A stretch of 63,711 nt of DNA, the filler included, from Dimargaris cristalligena (taxonomy: Eukaryota): the NCBI GenBank assembly GCA_003614675.1. It is 4 parts of 4 records of this genome, joined end to end, with 100 filler letters (N's around TTAATTAATTAA, not from the genome) between each part and the next. Parts side by side here need not be neighbours in the genome. Positions count along the whole stretch, not along the records: positions 15,999 to 31,862 come from ML002868.1; positions 31,963 to 47,794 come from ML002870.1; 2 more parts are not named here. The stretch is one strand, 5' to 3'. A program made the translations under genes and the position numbers. Positions 23,672 to 35,853 of this stretch are shown here, piece after piece; the first letter of the stretch is position 1, and each line of letters begins with the position of its first letter. The notes beneath the pieces were generated by a model that saw nothing but the letters and a program-made list of their open reading frames with translations, was not told where the DNA came from and did not search any database.

Positions 23672-24304
23672 TTAGTGCAGAGCCTTTACGCTGGTAATAA
23701 CGGTATCCAGATCCTCCTTGTAGTCGGCCTCGCTTTCCGAAGCCTGGCCAGTCAAGACCATAACGGTACAAGTAGGGCGCTTAGTGTGAGCCGAGGCACC
23801 AAGCTCGACCTTGCTCGAGATAAAAATATAGGGCACGTTCTTGTCTTCGCACAGCACGGGCAAATGCGAGAGAACATCGACGGGCATCGTGTCACCGGCC
23901 AGAACGACCAGGCCCTGGGAGCCCTTGCGGAGGGCCTTGACGACCTCCTTGACACCTCGGCGAGCGTTCTTTTGCTTGGTGGCTAATTGGAATAGAGAAA
24001 ATCGGAATAGATGGATGGGGGTGGGGATGCATAAAAGCCAAGAAGGTGGTTAGATGGTCTGTCCCTCCCATACAATAGATATTAATCTGATCTCGGGGAG
24101 AACTAGTTTAGGCTATAATCTAGTTGTATAACGACGAATGGGCTAGAATATTTAATTACCTTTCTTGACCACTTTGAAGATCTTCTTGCTCAGCTTTTCG
24201 TTGGCCAGGGGAGTGGCGATGGGCGACAGATAGGCCACGGTGGGGACAGCCGGGGTGGCGGAAGGCTTGGTGTCGATGGCGATTTCCTTGGACTTCTTAC
24301 CCAT
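23672..24304 (-). CDS. NHP2: H/ACA snoRNP subunit Nhp2 (L7Ae family), 2 exons (24304-24160, 23982-23672)
   Basis: LSPIATPLANEKLSKKIFKVVKK|ATKQKNARRGVKEVVKALRKG..PVDVLSHLPVLCEDKNVPYIFISSKVELGASAHTKRPT; GTAATT..TAG intron. Confidence 0.93.
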
Positions 24305-26238
24305 AGTGACTGATGGAGATAGATGGGGATATGAGCAGAGTTGCGAGGGTGTGTGTGGGCGTGACTTAGTAAGTCGGGTATGTAAATACGGTATCTAGAG
24401 AAGGGGGAGGTAATAGTTGATGTGCGTAAGGCAAGGGTTAGTATTGGCATATGAAGAGCCACTGTTGGCCTTGTCACTTGCAGTTACCGAGCAATAAGTA
24501 TACCCCAGAGGCGGGAACTCGTTCAGTTTGGAATTAGCGGGGAGCAGGAGAACCGACGGAGCTGTTGCGACTATGACTGTAAAAGGTCAGGGGAGTTTGA
24601 GCGGTCTGATCGGAGCAGTATTGAACATGCGAAAGAGGGGTCTTCTATATACGTCTAATCAGCGTGAACTGGCGACAGTCAGTATAGACTTACTTGAATA
24701 AACGGTACAATTGGGGCGAATTCCAAAGAAGAAATAAAACAGAGTTGCAAAAGGCCGAGTTTAGGCTTCGTACCAGTCACCAAGTCTTTTTTACTGGTTT
24801 CGCGTTGCTAACTTATTTTCCCTTTTTTCACCAGCAATCCCACCAGCAGACACTTTGAAATCTGCACCGCTTTCCAAAGACATCACTTTCAGAATGGCAA
24901 GAAAAAAAAACGACCTGGGCTAAAGAGGGGCAATTATAATAGCTACTTATAAAATGGGCCACGGCTCTATTGAACTGACAAGCTGGAAAAATTGGCTTAA
25001 CATTTAATGTCACGTGATATACTGTGGGTGCATTTTGGGCTGGAGCCGCTAAGATGAGAGGCTCTAGATTTTCTTAAATAAAGCTGATGGTGGACGGGGA
25101 AATACAACTTTGTAGAGCATAGTATTCTAATGTTGACGTTATATTATATTACACTCTTTATTCTACTAACGTACAGCCAAGTCGTATTTGATATTGGCGG
25201 TCATTTAAAGGTATTTCCCCAAGGTAGCCCCTAGGGACTGGGGCAGTGAAGTAAATATATTACAATGTACATCAATGAATATCACCCGCTGTGCAATTTC
25301 ATAGAGCCTTATCAAGTACAGTGTATAAAACCCCCCATAATAAATCCAGTCTGACTGCCGTCTGCCGTAGATTCTAAAAGTCCTTCATTAGAGAGATTGT
25401 AATTCCAGTAATACACCACATTCCCTAGTGGGGAAATAAGGTAGACTAACCCCATCAACTCGGAACCGTAGCACCTTGGCTTTAAAAGTATCTCCCGCAA
25501 TTATATGCTCCATCTGCTCCATTCCACTTCAGTCAGACATTGTATTTTGATCATGAGGATCGCCAGGGCCTAGCTATGCTCCACTGTCGCTCTAGCATTC
25601 GATATTTTTCATTCATTCATTACTCCCGTACCCAGTTAGAAATGATAATAATATTTCGGGCACGGGGCCATCATACCGACCCCATTCCTCATATTTATTA
25701 TCGCCCAGTCACTACACTTTGTAGAATCATGATTGAATTTCTGAATACAGCCAGTAAGTAATGTGCTGAGTAAACATACAATTGTAATGTTGAGTGGCCC
25801 CATGTGTGATGTGCCAGGCTGGGAGAAATGTGGGGTTAATGCACCGCTCATTTCAGGCTACCTTGAAGCCGTAGTTGAGGGTCGCAACATGAAATATTTT
25901 GGGATGTCTCGGGCGCTGTACCTCATGGCAGACGTGGGATATAAACGTAGGAAACAAGAAAATAAGCTAATCAAAGTGGTGAAAATAATACTGGCGAAAA
26001 TAATAATAGTTTATTGAAATAAATTAAGTTTATCGAATAGAAAATGCAAACTTCAATTTGTAGACAATTTTATGTCTCCTTTGCAGAAATCCATCATTTT
26101 TTTATGTGAATTCAAACACTAGAGAAAATGTTAGCTACATTGCAAAAGTGGGTAAAAATGAATAGATAGAAAGCTATGATTCTTGATTTCATTGGTAATA
26201 AATCAACACTAAAAGAGTTTACCAAAATTATTAATTAT

Positions 26239-26820
26239 TATTGGATTATCTAATCTACCTTAATCCAGGCATAATAATTATCTATCCCTATTAGGCCTTA
26301 TAGTGCCATATTAACCTTCCCATGGTCACCCCCAGTACTATGGGATCACTCTATATTATATAACCCTTCCCCTTCTGAACTCTACTTCTTTACACTAATT
26401 ACTCAAGTATTAATCCAAAGACTCTTCTGGTTACTTTTAGAGTCTTCCAGGCCCTAATAGCCATCTGGTGGCCTATTTATTAATTCCTTAGTCTTAGTAG
26501 TATCCTTCCCTCAGGGCCTCCCTCTGAAGCTGTCCCCGTATATATATAACTAGGCCCTATTAGGACCAGTTAGATTTCTCAACTTATTTTTACCCCCTGG
26601 TTTACCATCACAAACCCTATATAAGCTCACTCCCCCCATACTAACTATTAAGTGTGCCCACTGCACATCCCTTACCTATACCTATACTAAAGCTTTATTT
26701 GTTAGTAATATGCCTGTACCTAATACTAGTGGCCTACTTAGCCAAGCCTGAGCCCCACCTACTATTAGAAGCCTATCCTTAGGACTCTTGATAGACTAAG
26801 AGTAGTTAATACAGGTGATA
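26239..26820 (-). repeat. LTR-like dispersed repeat family A, copy 3 (reverse)
   Basis: Reverse complement of family A (CCCACCTACTATTAGAAGCCTATCCTTAGGACTCTTGATAGACTAAGAGTAGTTAA). Confidence 0.8.
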
Positions 26821-27467
26821 CTTACTGCCAAAAATATGTGTAAGTATATTATATAGTTAGACAAGACTAATGTTAACTATTCTAGGCTAAATGGCCTCTG
26901 GTTTATATGAAAATACATTTATAAGATAATCTTATTATACTATTGTAAAAAACAGCCATATTTTGGGGGAAGGAGTACCACCATTTAGAGCCATTTTATA
27001 TATAATAATGTAAATTATATTACAAAAATATTAAAATAACCCAGCCAGTACCTCTTTAAGAATATACCTACAAAAAATTAGCACTCCAAGACCATGCATT
27101 ACTAGATCCAAGTGGATATAATTATCATTTATCAGGAAATATCCAGAAATGCTGGGCAAAATATTTCCAAAAATGACTTGTGCAGTAGTTATTTGGGGTC
27201 ATGGAGTAGCTTTCATAGTCCCTAGACCCGAACCTTATTGAATACATATAGGTCTGACTTTAGAACTATACATCCCATAACTTTTAATGACTATTTAAGG
27301 GTATGCTTAAATATTGGGAAAAGGATGGTAAAACCTGGCACAGGGTCACCAGGAAGAAGTGCTAGAGGGTCATTTGCACCATCCCCGAGTATTGCAAATA
27401 AGTTATTGCTAAATAGGGCTACTGGATCGACCTTAAATTGCTTTTTTTAAAAAATTGGTAATTTTTT

Positions 27468-27683
27468 GAGTAGCCCCCAAAAATGTATCAATGCATTAGT
27501 CATTTTAGAACGGCTATATCTTTCTCTTGAAAAAAATTACAAACTCGTCGTTTTACTCATAAAAACTAGAAAGGAAGGGCTTTCTTTTGGTTATAACCAT
27601 TTATTTATAGCTCTATTTGTTTATGAGTAATATTGTCTTAAATCCAAAAGTGCGAAATATTGATGCACTTTTTGGAGTCACTG
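27468..27683. mobile_element. Possible degenerate Tc1/mariner-like MITE
   Basis: Imperfect ~25-bp terminal inverted repeats (GAGTAGCCCCCAAAAATGTATCAAT vs reverse complement CAGTGACTCCAAAAAGTGCATCAAT) around an AT-rich core; single copy in the window. Confidence 0.35.
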
Positions 27684-28369
27684 CATAATAGTTTGCTGTA
27701 AAAGCAAAATCCCTTTTCATAAAAAGCCGCCCGTGTCTCTCTCGCTGTACATGAGACTTCTTGGGATCTATGGCCCAGGCCGTGACAAGCCATTATTATT
27801 GGCTACATTTCTCAACGGAAGAGTGGTCCACGTTTATTTAGTTTTTACATTCAAAAAAATTCACACTCTCTTTACTATTGCGTCGAATCCTGAGACTTTC
27901 ATGCAAGCGCAATTTTGCTTAACCATTTTGGTTTTTGGCTAGGCCCTACTTCCAATAATATTCTTTGAAGTGTAAGGAAAAACCCCGCTATGTAAAAATA
28001 GATACCTAATGGCTGTATCTGAAATGCTTCCAATTCACCGATTTCAAACTGTTCGCAATTACTTTTATATGCGAGTTGTAATAGACTGTGTGATCAAACT
28101 CGAGGGTGGATTTGTAGGATACTGCGCAAAGGACTCGCTATTTTAAGAGGCGGCAGCGTTAACTATAGGGGTGTTGTATTTAGAGCCAAGAATTGGGACT
28201 ATAGTACTCCCTTGAAAGATCATAACAGTGCAAGAAACCATAAGGCAAAGATCACGAGCAATCCACATCATAATGGCTAAGAAATAATGATTAATGGACG
28301 CCCCATACCTAGCATAGCGATGCCGCTTTTAATCGATAGCTCAACCCACCATATGTTCAAAAAGTATCG

Positions 28370-28903
28370 TTAGGGGAGAGTTGGCCGATGATAGCCGTGC
28401 GGACCATAGGGACCTCTTTCCCGTCTATACTGAGACCGACCTGATGCGTTGATTGCCATCGGGATGTGATTGCTGCTACCCCCTTCACAGTCCGCTCGAA
28501 CCAAATTGAATCGGTCTCGTCCGTTGCGGGGATACGGTGAGTAGCGGGCAAACGAGTCGGATGGGGGTAGTCCTCGGTAGGGGATCGGTGGTCGGGAGCT
28601 AGTAACCGGGTGGGATCTTAATAGTCGGATCACATAATCGATTTGATCACCGAGATAGTGTAGCGAATCGGTTAGTTCCACCAACATATAGTAAACGCTC
28701 TGGGTGGGTGGTTTATGCCAATTGTCACTGGTCCCGGGCAACGGTTCGGCCGAGTCGCCAGGTAGATTCGAAGTAGAAGGGGCCGTATCTGTCCCAGTCG
28801 GCACTGTGGAGGTAGGGGTAGGACCAGCTCGGGTCGGAGGGATCATGGCGGCCTGCTGGGCCTGCGACGCGAAAGTATTGGTCGCCGCATTGTTCGGTGG
28901 CAT
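28370..28903 (-). CDS. Hypothetical 177-aa Pro/Thr-rich protein
   Basis: GC-rich ORF in AT-rich surroundings, ATG at 28903, (TA)n TATA-like tract ~120 nt upstream. Central amphipathic helix VYYMLVELTDSLHYLGDQIDYVIRLL and an Arg-rich tail. Confidence 0.6.
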   Translation of the reverse strand: MPPNNAATNTFASQAQQAAMIPPTRAGPTPTSTVPTGTDTAPSTSNLPGDSAEPLPGTSDNWHKPPTQSVYYMLVELTDSLHYLGDQIDYVIRLLRSHPVTSSRPPIPYRGLPPSDSFARYSPYPRNGRDRFNLVRADCEGGSSNHIPMAINASGRSQYRRERGPYGPHGYHRPTLP

Positions 28904-31615
28904 AGTTACGGGAATTTTAAGGGGAAAATGCCGACTGAAAGTGGTGAAGATGGTGGGGTTTGGTGCAGTAGGGCGATTAAACAACCAATCCAATTGATGA
29001 GAGTAATCACAGCCTTTATATATATATATATATATATATGACCTTGGAAAAATCATATCGATGGCTGGATCGTCGTCACTGAAATTCTTTAGGGCCAGGC
29101 ATCCTAATACATTAAAATCAAACTACTGCTCTGCCGCTGGTCACCAAACAAAATAAAATGTGCGTAAGGAAAGTGAAAAGAGAGATAAATGGCATAAGTA
29201 TTCCTTTGATAATCTGACCTACCCATAGTATGCAGTCGTACCCGGGGGATTGGCGGCTATTAGACTTGCATTACGGGTTGTATTTCGGATACTCGCCTCA
29301 ATAAGCCAAGGATATAGGTCGCGAGCTTATAAATATAACCTGTGAATACCGGACAATAAGTGATATATAGCCTCGTATTAAAAACAGTGTAGGCCATACG
29401 TGAACAGGCTGGACGGTTGTTAATATATAGGCACTGAAATTAAATGTTAATAAAGTCGCCTATGATATCAAATCAGGCAATATGATCACACTTAAATTGG
29501 ACTCTACTAGCTCAGCCTCCTTTTGCGCCTTCGTTTCAGTTTTAAAGTATCATGGGCGTTAACTAACCCCTATACCGGGAGACGGCAAGACTCATATCTC
29601 TGGCCTGAAAATATACGGCACCACTATTTGCGGGGCCATTCGCAGTTTCTTGAATCGAGAGTAGTACCTGCTTCAGGCTAGTGATTGGGTCATCATTGAT
29701 AGTCGGTGACGTATATTGTTAAAAAGAATGAAAACTAACTCGCGAATAATAGTGCAGGCATTCGGAACAGTGGTATTGTGGACGCGTTTTTCAAGAGAGA
29801 TAATAACATAGAAAAGTGTACGGGTATTAGATACAGGCGGGGGTGAAATGTAGGGGAGAATCAAAATCATTGGGAGTTTTTCCAAAGCCCCACGTTACGC
29901 ATGGCGATGCGGATTACTTGGGGGATATTTTACTTGACACTTAGGTCGAGACCTTAAACGTGCCTAAGATTGCCCTGTAGCGAGGTCTAGTAAATGGGGC
30001 ATACCTAATTGATTGCCAATAGAAATGGGACGAGGTACCCCATTACCCGGCGGCTATGATGGTAGTTTATGTTGGATTAATAATGAAGGGGTTGAAGAAG
30101 AAATAATTTCGTGTCAATTGCTTCAGGAAGACCCTTGATTCACTGGCAATGCGGTGTACGTGATGTAGGGAGGAGTTTCGGATAAGTTGCATCTACTTTT
30201 GCGAGACGATAACTCCCCCTATCGCATTGAATTATGTATAATCCTGGCACATTAATCAAAGACGGTTATTTTACGGCGTCTCCTCATCGTAATACTCCTC
30301 AATGAGGGACGTAGGTGTTATAAAAAAGACTCACTATGCAACAAAACATGGCCTGCCACAAAAACATTCAACTATCGAATAAAGGGGTATAGTATTAAGT
30401 TTGACGAACCCGTCATCATGCAATTGCAATTCAAGCAGTCTTAACTTCATTATGATGCTTAGTAACCGCCATACTAATATTAGTTCAAGAGTACATTTCC
30501 TAAAGTGCTCGGTGGTGGTTTGAACTGTTATGACCTTTTGTCAATCGTTCTCGACAGTCTTTTAAAAGTCGAATTTCTTTCCTCTGACTATATAGAATGA
30601 CTATATATAAGTGTTGATATGTGTAGTAATGGCGATGATAATAACCCTTTTCACACGGGTAGTACTGTCCGCGATTCTTTAGGCTAAGTAAACTTGGATT
30701 ACATAGACCAAATTGGAAATAAGGTTTGTAACTAGGTTGGGCAGATTAACAAAGAAGGTTCTAATATACTGATCTTGAGACTATGCGCTGCATTGCAATT
30801 CTGGGGATAAATGGGCCCAATGGAAATGTCTGGGGTTAGGTAATAGTCGATCCTATAGACGAGAGATTATAGAACAATGCCTAGAATGGAGAATTATTAT
30901 ACATTTATGCCTCTCCATTTGAAGATAATAGTGATTATTTTTTTGGGACAGAGACTCGTCCTTTACGGGGCTGGTTAACGAGGGCCAATTCGGAGGTGTA
31001 GCATTATGTTCCTTATAATGGTCGGCTGGGGGAAAGAAACCGACGAGGCGAAGGATGCTACCCGCTTGACAATATCCAACTTGTAGTGCTGCGATCTGGG
31101 TATTGGGGAGGGTTTGGCGTGGCCCTGCCGGGTTGTAGGCAATTGGACCGCGCAGGGGTGTATGAGGCAAGACTCTGTTCTTCCGGAACACTTGACCGAG
31201 ACGCCGGTGATGGTGACACTGACGATGATGAGGACTCTGTCACCCTCGGAAAGACAGAACAATGACGGGACATTCGAGACAAGGATATTTAACGAGTATT
31301 AAAAATATTTATAAAAAATAATCAAATAGATTAAATAGAATCGGGCTAATATAAACGAGCTCAAGGAATCCTGGTTACTTGCGGCTTCACCTTCGTGGAT
31401 CCTTCTCTGATAAGCGAGCTAACAGGTTACTTCAAAGAAGTATTCAAAAACTGGTTTAAATAATAATTTATAAGAAATACTCGGGAGACAATAATTGTAA
31501 ATAATGATATAATTAGAATAGCTAGGAGATCGTACTTGTGGCCATAATCATGTCCATATTCGTTCTCCCCGAATAAGGGAGGAAAAAGGCGGGCTTAAAT
31601 AAATTATTTGGATAT

Positions 31616-31862
31616 TGTCGCCCAGGTTAACCACTCTTAGTCCGTCAAGAGTCCCGGGGATAGGCTTCTAATGGTAGGTGGGGCTTAGGCTCAGCCAAGT
31701 GGCTACTAGTATTAGGGAGGGATCGGTACTAACTAATAAAGGATGAGTGCAGGCTAATGCAAGGGACGTGTAGTGGGCACACTTACTGGCTAATACAATG
31801 GGTGAGTATATAAGAAGTTTATTGAGGGAAACTATGGGGGTAAGAAATAAGCTAAGGAACTG
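31616..31862 (+). repeat. LTR-like dispersed repeat family A, copy 4 (least mutated, cut by gap)
   Basis: TGTCGCCCAGGTTAACCACTCTTAGTCCGTCAAGAGTCCCGGGG; begins with TG and retains CpGs lost in the other copies. Confidence 0.85.
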
Positions 31863-31962
31863 NNNNNNNNNNNNNNNNNNNNNNNNNNNNNNNNNNNNNN
31901 NNNNNNTTAATTAATTAANNNNNNNNNNNNNNNNNNNNNNNNNNNNNNNNNNNNNNNNNNNN
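31863..31962. other. Assembly gap
   Basis: N run with TTAATTAATTAA spacer. Confidence 0.97.
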
Positions 31963-32500
31963 CGCCCTCTGGTGATGAGGACTGGCCGTCCACAGTCCGG
32001 GGTTAAGTGCCGACCTCTGGATGGCACTACAGATGCACTGCCAGTGCGGGCTAAGATAGACCGATTCAGTGAGACTGAGGATGGGGTGACTATAAGACCA
32101 ACCATACGGCAGTTAGCTGAAGAGAAACACGCGAGCGTGGTTGATATGAAACAATGTCAAAAGAATTTAGCAGCCAAGTCGTTTATAGCTCGTTGGCGGT
32201 GTAGCGGCCCATAAATAGATTTCCCACAAGAACAATTGTGGACGTGGGTCGGTATAACCTCCAGAATAGCATTCTGCAAATCCTTCAAATATATGATAAT
32301 GTAAATCTTTATTGACTTGCAAAATGGCGGCTGTTATATTTCATAGAGAGCTTTATATAGCTTAAGCGTGAGCACTAAATTGGTTATGGTCTTTGGAAGT
32401 CGGATCAGCTCTGGGGAACTCCAATGTCCCATTTAGTCGTATTTCGGGAAACTTTAAATTGAATGATCAGGTCCCGAGAATCGCAGTTTCCCGGCTATAG

Positions 32501-34044
32501 CTAGAATTTTCCTGTATTCCCCCCTTTATAGTTCGGGACGGAAATATAGAGGTTGCCATTGGAAAATCGCGTTTCGCGGAGTTGGGCCTTGAATGGCAGA
32601 GGGCAGGTAGAACCATTGTCCCGGCGCGAGGGACGGGCCCGCCATTCGATCGACTCATCGTATGACGGTGGGGGGATTAAATCATGGACCATCTCCAGGT
32701 AGTGTTGCAACATGCTGGGGTCATCCAGTGAATGTAGGCAATGTTGGATACCGCGGGGATTGAGTCCCGGGTCTTCCGACAGAGTCTGGCGAATAAATTG
32801 AACATATCCGGACTTTTGCGCCTGCAAGGCTATGGAAATGGCCTGGATCCGGGACGATGATTGGAACCGACGGTCAATATTCTTTAGCAACTGGGTGAGT
32901 TTAGTGTAATGGCCGGCGTAAATTAAAGCGGCGGCTATGCGTGGGATGATGGTATAGACAAAGAGCTCGCCCAATGCTTGGAACACACTTCCCTCCATGG
33001 TTGGATAATAATCCGATTCCTGGTACTGTTTAAGAATAACCCATAGTTGGGCAATTAGAAGGTAGGAAGGGTGGCCAACTTCAATTACACTATCCATGAC
33101 CTCCGGCTTGTTGATTAGGACCGTAAAGTGGCGAACAAAACTAATGAGGACGTCTATCTCTCCGCGGATGGCAGTGTATACCAGAGGGGAGAGGCGGAGG
33201 AGTTGATCCCTAGGCAGGGTACCCACATCCACCCATGGCCCCATAGTGGGAATATGGCTTAAGTCGAGGATGTCTTCCGGGTTGGCCAAGTGAAACGAGA
33301 ACATATGCCCGTCAGTGATTTCGAAAAATTCGTTAAATTTTTCACCTGGGCTTGGCAAAATGTCGTCCCCCATACGAGCCTGGGTGGCTTTGATCCAATC
33401 GAGGTAAATGGAAATTAAACAGTCCAGTTCCGTGCGCACCAGGGTAAGCATCTCCGTATTCGTGAAGGGTTCAAGGGTGTCTTCTATCCAGCCTCTCTCG
33501 TCGGCTTCCTTGGCACTATACTTAACGATATGCCGAAACTTTTTGTAGGTCTGGAATAAATAAATATATATATATACGTTTTGAGGTTAGTGAAATTGGA
33601 AATAAATGCAGACTACGACCGGGATGACCAGCCACCCCTAACTTTTGATCTTATTACATTATTCGAGGTTCGAGTAGAATTCCCCCCCTCCCCATACCGA
33701 TAAATACTTTGCGAGGCCTAGTTGAAGGTAATGCCACTTACGGATTCAAATCGATCGATTCGGCGTAGGCCTGTTTTTAGACGACGCGACGGGCCTAATT
33801 CGCCGAGCTTCGTTATCGTCATATCGTCCACAAGTCTCTGGGGATAACTGCGAAGCTCCGAGGGTAGAGTCGGTTGCACATTAGCAGTCTTGGTGGGTTC
33901 ATAAGCAGGCGGGTTCGTGGGGATTAACTCTCTCTGAGTATCCACTTGAGTGGCCGAAACCGTCGTAGTGGCGCTGAGACAGAGCCATACGGTCAAGGCC
34001 AATCGATAAGCTGAGCGGGCCGCGGAACGATCAAAGATCAGCAT
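32501..34044 (-). CDS. Putative secreted protein, 2 exons (34044-33742, 33550-32501); paralog of 61343-63013
   Basis: Signal-like N-terminus (YRLALTVWLCLSATTTVSA); a phase-0 GTAAGT..CAG intron joins the two ORFs in frame; shares motif blocks with the 61343 gene. Confidence 0.75.
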
Positions 34045-35709
34045 GGTTTTAACGTTGCTGGGTTAGAGGTAAGAATGTTGATTAAAGCAAAACAAGACGC
34101 GGCACAACAGCTAGAGGGATTTTTGCACTGGGGTTGGACGAAGCGAGTAACTGATGAGAGAACCTTGTCCGAGCATTGGGGCAGGTATTTATACCTTGCC
34201 TGTACATCAGCCAATCGCCTTACCTACTAGCATTCCCCCTATCGTGCCCCATACTTAAGTGTAGTATAGGGGGGAATCCCCCTCACCAGTCCCCTGTAAT
34301 CACATCGAGAGAAAATCGGAGAATAATGCCAATACATTTTAAAAATGGAGTCAGTTAACGGTAAGTGTAAATACTTGGATATATATTTTAAATTTTGTGG
34401 CATTTTCATTATACCTTAAATTTATTTTATACATACCCAGTTAGTTGGATATGGCCGTCCATGTCACACGTCATGTTCCCAATACGTCAAATTAATAGCC
34501 TTTGGTCCTCCACTCGGGGAGGAGGGGGCAATTTGAAGGCGGTGGAATGACCACCAAATGTGACATTTGGGTCACCTTCATTTATTCAAATAGGGCAGTG
34601 CCCATAATGGTATATCTCCACACCCTTAACGGGAATCAATGCCAGCTGGACCTGTACGACACGAAGGACAGTAGTCTCGGTGAGTACAACTACAAGTGGA
34701 AAATGGTATTTCCTATTATCAGGAGCCAGCCAAGCTAGGCACAGTACCCCCGAATACTGGATACAGCGTGTCACCTCTATTATATACAAGATATACCCCC
34801 ATTTCCACCGGGTTCTTTATTGAAAATTTCCTGCAGTACGCGTAAACGATTCCGCGAATTCCAGATGTCTAGGTAGTATTGTTTTTTTTTTTTATTTTTG
34901 CGAATGCATCCGTAAATACTAATTCAAAGTCGCACTAAACTCACTATATTTGGTATGTGCGGCAAATTGACTGTACACGATGGACTCGTCGGCTCAATCT
35001 TAACGGGGCTTCACTAGCAACTACCTTGCCACAGATAACGCTGCCCTTTAGAATACATAAAGTTGGATTGAGCGGAAGGTGGCGCTTAATTGGTGGATTC
35101 CCAATGTCACACTTTAAAGGAGAACTGGACCGAGCCGAACTAAAAGGGGCGAACCGAGGCGGCTAGTGGTGTAACCGTTTGAGGGTCGACCGTATTTATC
35201 GAGGTGTTGGAGCAAGAGCCACCGAAGTGACAAGACTGCGAGAAAGTGTGAAAACGAAAACCATTCTTACAAACGGGACCAATTAAACTACTTTGTTTAC
35301 GACAGATGTATATTTTTATAGTATAGGCCGCTTAGCTCGATGGGTGGTAGAATGAAGGCATGCTGGCGACGACAGCCCGAAATATGTCTGGGGAAGTGGA
35401 GCCGGGAATATGTCACCCGTTATTTCTTCATGGTGAAGGTAAAATGGTGGCATTAATCAATGTATAGTTGTAGTACAATGGCTAAACAACTTTAAATGTT
35501 TCAAAGAAGCCCTGGATTTGGAACCAGTGTAAAGGCCCAGCTTCTAAAGGGACATTGTGTAGGTATAACCGGAGTATGCATTGGCCTTTCCCTACGGGCG
35601 CACTGTCCGCTAATTAAGTTTAGAGAAATATTTCGTCCACAGAGCCTCGACAGACCCAGGCTTAAATAGTGTATATGGCTAGAGTGGTATGCATTCGCAC
35701 ATTCATTCA

Positions 35710-35853
35710 ATATGGGAGAAGTTCATTCAGGCTGCATAATGAAAAATCCATCGGATGAGGCCAATATTACTGGTTAAAAGCTATTCTCACATATATTCGC
35801 CCATACACGTATATTGTAAAACCTTATACAGCTGGTTTGAATTTCATCCATAT
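35710..35853. mobile_element. 144-bp MITE family B, copy 1
   Basis: ATATGGGAGAAGTTCATTCAGGCTG...CAGCTGGTTTGAATTTCATCCATAT imperfect TIRs; same length and closely similar sequence at 42495 and 49343. Confidence 0.8.

Noticed and set aside
30853-31560. GC-rich patch with several short ORFs and splice-like sites next to repeat copy 4
   Set aside because: Could not build a consistent gene model with a start codon; no recognisable product.
35325-35410. tRNA-like start GGCCGCTTAGCTCGATGG (and GGGGATGTAGCT at ~37345)
   Set aside because: No T-arm GTTCRA and no acceptor-stem pairing.
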